From: Mucilaginibacter sp.
GTDB taxonomy: Bacteria > Bacteroidota > Bacteroidia > Sphingobacteriales > Sphingobacteriaceae
Direction of reading: 5' to 3'
Assembly (NCBI RefSeq): GCF_041088075.1
Contig: NZ_JBGCVY010000049.1
Location: forward strand, 25,203 to 89,202
DNA: 64,000 nucleotides
How positions within the stretch are numbered: the first letter of the stretch is position 1; the number at the start of each line of letters is the position of its first letter. Shown here one piece after another: positions 19,073 to 27,574 of this stretch. The notes below the pieces were generated by a model that was not told where the DNA came from, did not search any database, and saw only the letters and a program-made list of their open reading frames with translations. The translations under genes were made by a program, and so were the position numbers.

Positions 19073-20059
19073 GTTGTTTACCATTTTCATCGCATCTTCG
19101 TAGTAGCGTTCGCCCACATGCGGATAGGTTTTCAATATTTCTTCAATTTCCTGCAAGTCATTTTTCGATAAATTGACATCGGCCGCACCGGCGTTTTCTT
19201 CTAAGTATTTTCGTTTTTTAGTTCCTGGGATTGGGATGATCTCTTCGCCTTGCGCCAAAACCCAGGCCAAAGCCAATTGTGCAGGCGTAATTTCTTTGGA
19301 AGCTGCAAACTCTTTTAAGGCCGAAGCCAGTTGCTGATTGTTCTTTAAATATTGTTCTTCTTTAAAACGCGGCAGGGTTTTGCGGAAATCGTTGTCTTTT
19401 AATTGATCGGCAGAAACAGAAGCGGCCGTAAACAAACCGCGCGAAAGCGGACTGAACGGAATAAAAGAAATCTTCAATTCCTGGCACAAAGGCAAAACCT
19501 CTTTCTCCGGATCCCGCGTAATAAAAGAATATTCGGACTGCAAAGCCGAAATCGGATGTTCTTTGTGTGCTTTTCGGATTGAGGCCGGAGAAGCTTCCGA
19601 CAAACCTAAAAAACGCACTTTGCCTTCTTTCACCAGTTCGCCCATCGCGCCAACGGTTTCCTCCACAGGAACGTTCGGGTCAACCCGGTGCGCGTAATAC
19701 AAGTCAATCACGTCAACGCCCAAACGTTTTAAACTGCCTTCGCAGGCCTTTTTTACATAAGCCGGAGAAGCATCGAAAATGTTTTTAGAACCATCGTCAG
19801 ATTTGCGGAAACCAAACTTGGTGGCAATAAAAACCTCTTTGCGGTTAGGCACCAGCACTTTGCTGATCAGTTCTTCGTTGGTATGCGGGCCGTAAACATC
19901 GGCCGTGTCCCAAAAGTTGATGCCCAGGTCAATCGCCATATTTAGCGTCGCGATGGATTCTTCATCATTCGTTTCGCCGTAGGCATGGCTCATGCCCATG
20001 CAGCCCAAACCAATAACGGACAGTTTTTCGTTGGTGTTGCCCAGTTTTCTATATTTCAT
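19070..20059 (-). CDS. Aldo/keto reductase
   Basis: 329 aa with AKR signatures ([27 protein letters not shown]). Confidence 0.9.
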   Translation of the reverse strand: MKYRKLGNTNEKLSVIGLGCMGMSHAYGETNDEESIATLNMAIDLGINFWDTADVYGPHTNEELISKVLVPNRKEVFIATKFGFRKSDDGSKNIFDASPAYVKKACEGSLKRLGVDVIDLYYAHRVDPNVPVEETVGAMGELVKEGKVRFLGLSEASPASIRKAHKEHPISALQSEYSFITRDPEKEVLPLCQELKISFIPFSPLSRGLFTAASVSADQLKDNDFRKTLPRFKEEQYLKNNQQLASALKEFAASKEITPAQLALAWVLAQGEEIIPIPGTKKRKYLEENAGAADVNLSKNDLQEIEEILKTYPHVGERYYEDAMKMVNN

Positions 20060-20063
20060 GCCA

Positions 20064-20137
20064 ATGCTTCTTTTATACCTGCAAAACGCATAAGCGGCAA
20101 TGCTGTTTTATAATATTTATGCCGGTAAAAGAAGCAT
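20064..20137. repeat. Family-1 short composite (L-arm ... R-arm)
   Basis: Exact cores at 20064 and 20126. The L core lies 4 nt from the aldo/keto reductase start codon. Confidence 0.85.
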
Positions 20138-20178
20138 AAAAAAAGCGCTTCCGTTTGGTGGAAGCGCTGATGTTTTTT
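20137..20178 (-). terminator. Intrinsic terminator (hairpin with flanking A and T runs)
   Basis: Stem AGCGCTTCC / GGAAGCGCT with a 7-nt loop. The A-run on the plus strand reads as a T-run on the minus strand, downstream of CDS 20196-20432. Confidence 0.7.
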
Positions 20179-20195
20179 AAAGGACAAGCCGGTGC

Positions 20196-20432
20196 TTAGT
20201 CGTTTCCTTCTAATTTTACCAATTTGTTATAAAGGCCCAACAGCAAAAATGGTGCTGGCCATTGGCCTACAAAAAGTGCGTTGTGCGGTTTGTTCATAAT
20301 TTTAAGGGCTAATGAAAGGCCGATGGAGCCTAAAGCTGCCCATAAAAAAATGTCGGAAGGGATTTTTGCGGTCTGGTTCTCAATTGCGGTTGCAACTGGC
20401 CCTTCGGTGTGTTCCGGGTGTTGGTTTGACAT
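20196..20432 (-). CDS. Small membrane protein
   Basis: 78 aa with two hydrophobic helices. Confidence 0.5.
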   Translation of the reverse strand: MSNQHPEHTEGPVATAIENQTAKIPSDIFLWAALGSIGLSLALKIMNKPHNALFVGQWPAPFLLLGLYNKLVKLEGND

Positions 20433-20641
20433 CGTTTTTTAGTTTAGTTAATAATTTAATTTTGGTTGATTCTTTTTTGTTCAAATTAAAACTGCCGGGT
20501 TTACACCAAATAAATTCAATTTAAACCCGGCAATCACTTTTTAATTATCAATAGCATAACACGCAATTGCAAAAATGTGTTTCTGCTAAACAAAAAATTT
20601 ATTGATTGCTTTTGATATATATTTATTAAAACCAAGAAACC

Positions 20642-21100
20642 ATGATAGAAAATACAGCAACTGTTGAAATTTTGAACGACCTCATCGAAATTAACAATGA
20701 CCGGATCGAAGGTTATGAAAGGGCGATTAAAGAATCAACCGAAGAAAATGCTGATCTGAAACCTTTGTTCGAGCACATGATCCACGAAAGCCACGAATGC
20801 AAGCTGGCTTTGGCCACCGAAGTTTTGGTTTTGAAAGGCGAAACGGCCGAAGGAACCACCAACAGCGGCAAAATTTACCGTACCTGGATGAAAGTGAAAG
20901 GCACATTTACCGGCCACGACCGCCATTCGATTTTGGCCGACTGCGAAAAAGGGGAAGACGCTGCACAAGCTGCTTATAAAACCGCTTTGGCCGATGAAAA
21001 CCTGCCGCATTATTTGCACGAGCTGGTTGCCCAGCAGCAGGCCAAATTAAAACTATCGTACGATAAGGTTAAAATGCTGCGCGATATGCAGCAGGATTAG
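20642..21100 (+). CDS. PA2169/DUF2383 family four-helix-bundle (ferritin-like) protein
   Basis: The N-terminus LNDLIEINNDRIEGYERA is typical of this family; 152 aa. Confidence 0.65.
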   Translation: MIENTATVEILNDLIEINNDRIEGYERAIKESTEENADLKPLFEHMIHESHECKLALATEVLVLKGETAEGTTNSGKIYRTWMKVKGTFTGHDRHSILADCEKGEDAAQAAYKTALADENLPHYLHELVAQQQAKLKLSYDKVKMLRDMQQD

Positions 21101-21122
21101 TTTTTGATTTTTTGTTTGAATG

Positions 21123-21151
21123 AAAGCCTTTTGATTTAGAAAGGCTTTTTT
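21123..21151 (+). terminator. Intrinsic terminator
   Basis: 8-bp stem AAAGCCTT / AAGGCTTT followed by a T-run, 22 nt after the stop at 21100. Confidence 0.65.
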
Positions 21152-21175
21152 GTTGGGAGGTTATTTTCGGTTTGA

Positions 21176-21204
21176 CACCAATTTTTACCCGATAAAAACA
21201 GCAT
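21176..21204. repeat. Family-1 variant solo R-arm
   Basis: CACCAATTTTTACCCGATAAAAACAGCAT. Confidence 0.7.
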
Positions 21205-21310
21205 TATCTAAAATCAATGTAAAACCTTGCGCCAGGACACAACCGCAAATGGTAGAAACCCAGTATATTTGTGTAGTTGCCTTACCCGGGTTTAGAGGCA
21301 CAAATAAATT

Positions 21311-21787
21311 ATGGCTACAAAAGTAATCATGAATGATGATGCTTTTTTAAAAAAAGGTTTCCTGATTTCTACCGATAAAACTTTGCTGGATGTTGCGCTG
21401 GTTCACCATTTTTTGGACCAGCTTTCGTATTGGGGCAAAGGCATCAGCTTGGAAACGGTGGAAACTTCTATACAAAACTCCTTGTGCTTTGGTGTTTACC
21501 AGCATCAAAAACAGGTTGGTTTTGCGCGTGTCATTACCGACGAAGCTACTTTTGCTTACCTCTGCGATGTTTTTATTTTGCCCGATTTCCGCAAGTTGGG
21601 ATTGTCAAAATGGCTGGTTCAAACGGTTCGCCATCATTCAACATTAAAAAATTTAAGACGTTTTGTTTTGGCTACGGCCGATGCGCACCGATTGTACGGG
21701 CAGTTTGGCTTTAACCCGTTAAAAAACCACGACCGCTGGATGGAAATTTTTCAGCCTTACCCGCAAAAGCCGGAGGAACCTGCATGA
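21311..21787 (+). CDS. GNAT family N-acetyltransferase
   Basis: 158 aa with an acetyl-CoA-binding-like motif (RKLGLSKWLV). Confidence 0.8.
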   Translation: MATKVIMNDDAFLKKGFLISTDKTLLDVALVHHFLDQLSYWGKGISLETVETSIQNSLCFGVYQHQKQVGFARVITDEATFAYLCDVFILPDFRKLGLSKWLVQTVRHHSTLKNLRRFVLATADAHRLYGQFGFNPLKNHDRWMEIFQPYPQKPEEPA

Positions 21788-22407
21788 ACATCAAAAGAAT
21801 GATTATGGAAGGCGAAGGCGTTGCGCAGGATTTTAAAAAAACCATCACCAGCTCCGAAAAAATTGCCAAAACTTTGGTTGCCTTTGCCAACAACAAAGGC
21901 GGCAAGTTGCTGATTGGCGTTTTGGATGACGGCACGATCAAAGGCGTAAAATCAGAAGACGAAGAAAAATACATGATCAACCGCGCCGCTACTTTTTTTT
22001 GCCGCCCGGTTTTAGAACCAACTTTCGAAGAAGTTTATGTAGATGACAAATTGGTTTTGGTGGCCGAAGTTGCACCGAGTGACTCGAAACCGCATTATGC
22101 TTTGGGCGAAGACGGCAAGTGGTGGGTTTACATTCGCATCAAGGATAAAAGTATGCTGGCCAGCAAAATTGTGGTCGAGGTTTTAAAGCGTTCCAACAAC
22201 AGCGATGGCGTGCTGATTGAGTATTCTTCCAAAGAAAAAGCGTTGCTGGAATACCTGCATTTGCAAGAGCGCATCACCGTAAAAGAATACTGCGAAATGC
22301 TGAACCTGAGCCGGCGGCGGGCGCAACGCATTTTGGTAAACCTGGTACTTTCGGGCGTAATCCGTGTGCATACCAACGAAAAAGAGGAATATTATACGGC
22401 TTCCTAA
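21784..22407 (+). CDS. AlbA_2 (Schlafen-like) DNA-binding domain protein with C-terminal winged helix
   Basis: The segment EGEGVAQDFKKT...LVAFANNKGGKLLIGVLDDGTIKGV matches the AlbA_2 signature. Its start overlaps the GNAT stop (ATGA). Confidence 0.65.
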   Translation: MNIKRMIMEGEGVAQDFKKTITSSEKIAKTLVAFANNKGGKLLIGVLDDGTIKGVKSEDEEKYMINRAATFFCRPVLEPTFEEVYVDDKLVLVAEVAPSDSKPHYALGEDGKWWVYIRIKDKSMLASKIVVEVLKRSNNSDGVLIEYSSKEKALLEYLHLQERITVKEYCEMLNLSRRRAQRILVNLVLSGVIRVHTNEKEEYYTAS

Positions 22408-22450
22408 GGAGTTGTAGGTTGTGAGTTGCCTGTTGCGCGTTCTTGGCGCT

Positions 22451-22532
22451 GTCATTTCGACCGTAGGGAGAAATCTTCTTTCAACCAAAACTACCGCTTT
22501 AAAAAAGATTCCTCTCTTCGGTTCGGAATGAC
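22451..22532. repeat. Family-2 hairpin repeat (GTCATTTCGACCG-AGGGAGAAATC type)
   Basis: Arms at 22451-22475 and 22507-22532, imperfectly inverted. Confidence 0.75.
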
Positions 22533-22544
22533 AAAATTAACCCA

Positions 22545-22573
22545 ATGCTTCTTTTATCACCTATTTTTTTGTC
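22545..22573. repeat. Family-1 L-arm (degenerate tail)
   Basis: Exact core at 22545-22556. Confidence 0.7.
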
Positions 22574-22640
22574 AACGATTTTTTACCAATTTGCATTCGT
22601 TGACTGCTAAAAGCTGAAAGCTGATACCTCAAACCTCAAC

Positions 22641-24017
22641 ATGAAAAAACTCTACGTCCTTTACCAGCCATTTTACCGCGATAATTTACGCCTGGCCATC
22701 CCGGTCGTGATTTCGCAATTGGGGCAGGTGCTGGTGCAAACTTCAGATAGTATTATTGTTGGTCAATTTGCCGGAACAACCGCTTTGGCTGCCGTTTCTT
22801 TGGTGAACAGTGTTTTTATTGTGATTTTGGTAATCGGGATTGGCATTGCTTACGGTTTAACGCCTTTGATTGCGCAGGAAAACGGACGGGAGAATTATCA
22901 GGCTTGCGGTAAACTGCTTTCGGGAAGCCTGACCATCAATATTATTTCCGGTGCTATACTGTTTTTATCGGTATATTTTGGGTCTGTGTTCGCACTAAAC
23001 CACCTCGACCAATCGCCGGCCGTCATCCGGGAAGCAAAACCTTTTTTAGTATTGATGGGCTTTTCCATCATTCCGCTGATGGTTTTCAACACCTTTAAAC
23101 AATTTGCCGAAGGTTTGGGCTTTACCAAACAAGCCATGATGATTTCCATTTGGGGAAATATCTTAAACATTTGCCTGGGGATTATTTTTGTAAAAGGCTT
23201 GTTTGGCATAACACCGATGGGCGTGCGTGGCGTAGGTTTAAGCACGGTGATAGACCGAAACGTCATGGCCATCGTCATCAGCTTTTACGTTTTCCGGTCG
23301 AAGCATTTTAAAAAATACCTTTCCGGCTTTCAATTATTCAAATTCAGCAAAAGTATTTCCAAACGCATTTTGGCCATCGGCGCGCCGGTTGCCATCCAAT
23401 ATGCTTGCGAAGTAAGCGCTTTCAGTGGTGCCGCTATTCTAATCGGAACAATTGGCGCGGTAGAACTGGCGGCACACCAGGTTGCCATCAACCTTGCTTC
23501 CATCACTTATATGATGGCCAGCGGAATTGCGGCCGCCGCAGCCATTCGTTCCGGCAATAATTTTGGCGCTAAAAATTATGCAATGCTTCGTTTATCGGCC
23601 ATTTCCAGTTACCACATCGTTCTGGTTTTTATGGCTTGTACGGCAATCATTTTCGCGCTTGCAAACCACCTCATTCCCTGGATTTATACCACCGACAAAA
23701 ACGTGATCAGCATTGCTGCCCAACTGCTTTTGATTGCCGCTTTTTTCCAGCTTTTTGATGGCATGCAAGTAGTTGGACTGGGCATTTTGCGGGGAATAGG
23801 CGACGTTGCCATTCCTGCCTGTATCACCTTTATCGCTTACTGGGTCATCGGTTTGCCGGTTGGCTATTTTTTAGGAATGAAGCTTGGTTTGGGCGCATCC
23901 GGCATTTGGTACGGACTAACGCTTGGGCTGGTGGTTGCTTCCCTGCTACTTTATTTCCGCTTTAATTATTTCAGCAAAAACCTGCAAAAAACTAATCTTA
24001 CAGAAACCTTTGTTTAA
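22641..24017 (+). CDS. MATE family efflux transporter
   Basis: 458 aa with 12 TM helices and a MatE-like N-terminus. Confidence 0.9.
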   Translation: MKKLYVLYQPFYRDNLRLAIPVVISQLGQVLVQTSDSIIVGQFAGTTALAAVSLVNSVFIVILVIGIGIAYGLTPLIAQENGRENYQACGKLLSGSLTINIISGAILFLSVYFGSVFALNHLDQSPAVIREAKPFLVLMGFSIIPLMVFNTFKQFAEGLGFTKQAMMISIWGNILNICLGIIFVKGLFGITPMGVRGVGLSTVIDRNVMAIVISFYVFRSKHFKKYLSGFQLFKFSKSISKRILAIGAPVAIQYACEVSAFSGAAILIGTIGAVELAAHQVAINLASITYMMASGIAAAAAIRSGNNFGAKNYAMLRLSAISSYHIVLVFMACTAIIFALANHLIPWIYTTDKNVISIAAQLLLIAAFFQLFDGMQVVGLGILRGIGDVAIPACITFIAYWVIGLPVGYFLGMKLGLGASGIWYGLTLGLVVASLLLYFRFNYFSKNLQKTNLTETFV

Positions 24018-24041
24018 AAAATTTCTGTAAGATTTATATTT

Positions 24042-24194
24042 TGTTTAAATTTCATCCAACGTATTTTCAATGCTTCTTTTACCACCTAAAAATCACTGTC
24101 TTTTTGTGGTTTTTGTACCGGGAAAATATCAAGACACCAAATTTATAGGCATAAAAGAAGCATTATAAATTTTTAAGATAGCAATTTAAACAAG
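24042..24194. repeat. Family-1 composite element (complete)
   Basis: TTGTTTAAAT outer box, L-arm 24070-24098, R-arm 24135-24163, TTTAAACA at about 24186-24193. An extra TTTGTTTAAA at 24009-24018 contains the MATE stop codon. Confidence 0.9.
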
Positions 24195-24197
24195 CTC

Positions 24198-24443
24198 TTA
24201 TTTAAATGCCAGTTTAATCCGGTTAGGAATGTTTGAGGAAAAAGTTTTGGCACGTCTCTTAATCTCCTCACGCCTTTTTTCCTGTTTAAAGTTTTCAACG
24301 CGGTCCACAACAGCTTCCCGTGTGGCTACATTGTATTTTACCATCGCCTGTTCAATCGAAACCAAACCAGCATTAATCTCTTTAACCATTTTTTTCATTT
24401 GATTTTCACGCATCAGCGTGGCCATCATATATAAATTTTGCAT
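24198..24443 (-). CDS. Hypothetical small protein
   Basis: 81-aa charged helical ORF; no family recognised. Confidence 0.35.
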   Translation of the reverse strand: MQNLYMMATLMRENQMKKMVKEINAGLVSIEQAMVKYNVATREAVVDRVENFKQEKRREEIKRRAKTFSSNIPNRIKLAFK

Positions 24444-24587
24444 AACAATTCTACTTTAATAACAACGGCTCTTCGTAAGCCGTTTTATACTTTTACGAAG
24501 AACAATCAAAAAGGTTGCCAATATTATTAAGCAATTAATTATTTAATATAAAATTGATATTAAAATTACTTTTTTGTTGAAGATTTA

Positions 24588-25490
24588 CTAAAAATACAAA
24601 TCAATCGCCGTTTTATAGGTATTGCAGTGCGCATCCACAATATCTTTAATGTCTGCCGAATAACCGCCGCCCATGCTTACCTGCACAGGTATTTTATTTG
24701 CCTGACATAATTGCAGTACAAATTCATCGCGCGCTTTGCAGCCTTCTTTCGATAAAGCCAATTTCCCTAATTTGTCCGTCGCCAGTACGTCAACGCCAGC
24801 CAGGTAAAAAATAAAATCAGGTTTAGTTTGATCAATCAATTTTGGCAATGCTTCTTTTAGCAGCATAAAATAAGCGTCGTCGCCTATTCCATCCAACAAC
24901 GGAATGTCCAAATCAGAACGTTCTTTTCGGTACGGGAAATTGTTGGCGCCGTGCATCGAAAAAGTAAAAACTTTGGGTTGATGTTGAAATATTTCGGCCG
25001 TTCCGTTTCCCTGGTGCACATCCAAATCAACAATTAAAATCGAGTCTGCCAATGCTTCTTTTAGCAGGTAATTTGCAGCGATGGCCTGGTCATTCAGCAT
25101 ACAAAAACCTTCGCCCCAATTGCTGCCGGCATGGTGCGTGCCGCCGGCAACGTTAAAAGCGATACCATTTTCGAAAGCGAAATGACAGCCATCAATCGTC
25201 CCCTGTGCAATACGGATTTCGCGTTCTACCAATTGCGCCGATAAGGGGAAACCAATCCTTCGTTGTTCTTTTGCTGGTAACGTTAAATCGCGCAGTTGCT
25301 GCCAGTAATATGCATCATGTGTCCACAATATTTTTTCTTCGGAAATTGGTTTTGGGGAGAAAATATTTTCTGCCGAAATCACGCCTTCATGCAGCAATTG
25401 CGCCGGGATCAGTTCGTATTTCAGCATCGGGAAACGATGGCCAGGCGGCAAAGGGTGCGCGTAAATTGGATCGAAAGCGATTTTCAACAT
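24588..25490 (-). CDS. Histone deacetylase / acetoin-utilisation family deacetylase
   Basis: Motifs GGTHHAG and DLDVHQGNG; 300 aa. Confidence 0.9.
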   Translation of the reverse strand: MLKIAFDPIYAHPLPPGHRFPMLKYELIPAQLLHEGVISAENIFSPKPISEEKILWTHDAYYWQQLRDLTLPAKEQRRIGFPLSAQLVEREIRIAQGTIDGCHFAFENGIAFNVAGGTHHAGSNWGEGFCMLNDQAIAANYLLKEALADSILIVDLDVHQGNGTAEIFQHQPKVFTFSMHGANNFPYRKERSDLDIPLLDGIGDDAYFMLLKEALPKLIDQTKPDFIFYLAGVDVLATDKLGKLALSKEGCKARDEFVLQLCQANKIPVQVSMGGGYSADIKDIVDAHCNTYKTAIDLYF

Positions 25491-25556
25491 AAAAAATTAA
25501 AGGATTAAAATGCCTTCTTGTTGCATTAAATTTTTGTTTTGTAGTAGCTTTATTGT

Positions 25557-25769
25557 ATGAAACAAATCAAGCCAAAAGCACTTTTCATTTATTTTATAAT
25601 TGTAACACTTTCTATGTTTATATTGAATGTCCTCTTTAAAATTTATACCTTAAAGCAAGGCATCGTTCCAAGTATCTTTTCAGGTTTGTTGGCCACTTGT
25701 TTCTTTTACTTTTTTATCAAATTAAAATTGAAACGCGATAGCAAACTGGAGCAGGAAGAAGACGACTAA
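25557..25769 (+). CDS. Small membrane protein
   Basis: 70 aa with two TM helices. Confidence 0.4.
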   Translation: MKQIKPKALFIYFIIVTLSMFILNVLFKIYTLKQGIVPSIFSGLLATCFFYFFIKLKLKRDSKLEQEEDD

Positions 25770-25781
25770 TGGTTTTAACCC

Positions 25782-25810
25782 ATGCTTCTTTTACCACATA
25801 AAAAAAGGTG
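25782..25810. repeat. Family-1 L-arm fused to a terminator
   Basis: ATGCTTCTTTTACCACATAAAAAAAGGTG. Confidence 0.75.
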
Positions 25811-25833
25811 AACCAAAACAGTTCACCTTTTTT
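25800..25833. terminator. Bidirectional intrinsic terminator
   Basis: AAAAAA-GGTGAAC-caaaaca-GTTCACC-TTTTTT between convergent genes; it merges with the tail of a Family-1 L-arm. Confidence 0.75.
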
Positions 25834-25851
25834 CATTACAAATATTTTAAA

Positions 25852-26349
25852 CTACAATTGTATCTTTCCATGATCGCCCTGATCATATTTTTCGCCGGTA
25901 ATTGCGGCTTTTAGCATCTGGAAACCAACCACCATTTTGCTCGAATTGCTGTCCCAATATTCGGCTTCCTGTGTATCAATTTTTAGCAACGTTAATTTCG
26001 GGTCGTCCAAACCATCTGGGAAAAAAGCTTTGATGATCGGGTTCCACAATTGCTTCATTTTTTCGCGGTCATCCACCAAAGATGCCGTGCCTTTGATGCT
26101 CAAATACGTGTTGTTGTTTGGGTTGGAATACGTTACCACCACTTTGTTTTCGTGCGAAACTTCGTCAACTTTGGAAGAATACTCATTGGTAAAAAACCAA
26201 ATGTTGCCTTGCGCATCCACATCGGCCGTTCCCATTGGGCGGGCGTGGATTTCGTGGTTTTGGTTTACGGTTACCAGCATGGCAATCCGTACGTCTTCTA
26301 TCTTGTCTTTTAAAAATTTTAGCTGGTCTGCTTTTGGTTCCGTGCTCAT
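25852..26349 (-). CDS. Pyridoxamine 5'-phosphate oxidase family protein (general stress protein 26-like)
   Basis: PNPOx-like fold pattern. The ORF is open to 26373; the Met at 26349 is the likelier start. Confidence 0.7.
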   Translation of the reverse strand: MSTEPKADQLKFLKDKIEDVRIAMLVTVNQNHEIHARPMGTADVDAQGNIWFFTNEYSSKVDEVSHENKVVVTYSNPNNNTYLSIKGTASLVDDREKMKQLWNPIIKAFFPDGLDDPKLTLLKIDTQEAEYWDSNSSKMVVGFQMLKAAITGEKYDQGDHGKIQL

Positions 26350-26407
26350 AATTATCTGAATTAATTTATACAAGCTTAACCCAAAAACTTCAATTTTGAT
26401 TTAATAT

Positions 26408-27010
26408 TTATCGGTTTGGTTTGCTCACGTAAGGGTTTCCCTTCACATAAAAACGATAAGGCAGCAGCGCATCTTCTTTGGCATAAGCCACGCCAACGCG
26501 TGGAACGGCAGCAATTTGTTCATTATTATAGATAAGTCCTCGGTCTTCGATCCAAATTTCTTCGCCCAAAAAACTAAAACCATTCATTTTTCGGGAAATA
26601 CCCAAAGCTTTGGCAACAGAACCCGGACCGGCCGTCAAATTATTTTTGACAGACGGCATATTCCTTCTTTCCAGCATCAATTCAATACCTTCGGTTGGGT
26701 TGATGGCACGGATCAAAACGGCGTGCGGTTCGCCTTCCACCGAAGTTACCACGTTCAGCATTTCGTGGATGCCATAGCACAAATAAACGTAAGCAATGCC
26801 GCCGTTTTCATACATCGTTTTGGTGCGGTTGGTTTTGCGGTTGCCAAAAGCATGCGAAGCTTTATCAACGATGCCTGCATAAGCTTCGGTTTCTACAATA
26901 AAACCACCGCTCACTTCGCCGTTAATGTTGGTGAACAAATATTTGCCCAGCAAATCACGTGCGATTTGTGATACTTCTTTTATCAAGTAAAAATCAGTGG
27001 GTAGTTTCAA
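26408..27010 (-). CDS. mpg: DNA-3-methyladenine glycosylase (Mpg/AAG family)
   Basis: Motifs IVETEAYAG, SHAF, YVYLCYGIH and VLIRA. Residues 4-14 are encoded by a Family-1 arm. Confidence 0.9.
   Translation of the reverse strand: MKLPTDFYLIKEVSQIARDLLGKYLFTNINGEVSGGFIVETEAYAGIVDKASHAFGNRKTNRTKTMYENGGIAYVYLCYGIHEMLNVVTSVEGEPHAVLIRAINPTEGIELMLERRNMPSVKNNLTAGPGSVAKALGISRKMNGFSFLGEEIWIEDRGLIYNNEQIAAVPRVGVAYAKEDALLPYRFYVKGNPYVSKPNR
26971..27001. repeat. Family-1 arm inside the mpg coding sequence
   Basis: ATACTTCTTTTATCAAGTAAAAATCAGTGGG; on the gene strand it encodes PTDFYLIKEV. Confidence 0.75.
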
Positions 27011-27483
27011 AACTTTAACAGCTTTAATATTTGTTCCAGGTATTTGGCATCGGTTTCGTCAAACTCATTCAAATCAGCACTGTCCGCATCCAATACGCCA
27101 ACTACATTTTCTCCCGCAAAAACCGGCACCACAATTTCTGATCTCGACAAAGAACTGCAGGCAATATGCCCAGGAAAAGCGTCCACATCCGGCACAAGCA
27201 GCGTTTTTGCTTCTGCCCAGGAAGTGCCGCAAACGCCGCGCCCTTTTTGGATGCGTGTACAGGCAACCGGCCCTTGAAACGGGCCAAGCACCAATTGTGC
27301 TTCTTTTACCAGGTAAAATCCTATCCAAAACCAGTTGAATTGTTGTTTTAAAGCCGCCGCAATGTTGGCCAGATTGGCAATTAAATCCGTTTCGCCTTCA
27401 ATTAAAGCTTTAATTTGCGGAATCAGCGCTTCATATTGTTCTGCTTTTGTTCCGCTTCGCGTGATGGTTAAATCTTCTGCCAT
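27007..27483 (-). CDS. GAF domain protein (free methionine-R-sulfoxide reductase-like)
   Basis: Motifs KGRGVCGTSW and PGHIACSSLSRSEIVVPV; 4-nt overlap with mpg. Confidence 0.8.
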   Translation of the reverse strand: MAEDLTITRSGTKAEQYEALIPQIKALIEGETDLIANLANIAAALKQQFNWFWIGFYLVKEAQLVLGPFQGPVACTRIQKGRGVCGTSWAEAKTLLVPDVDAFPGHIACSSLSRSEIVVPVFAGENVVGVLDADSADLNEFDETDAKYLEQILKLLKF

Positions 27484-27574
27484 GGCGCAAAGTTAAAGAA
27501 CGCGCTGTCATGCCGGTGTCGGAATGAAAAACATTTGAAAAGCCTCCGCAAAATTTATCGTTAATTCGCTTGCT

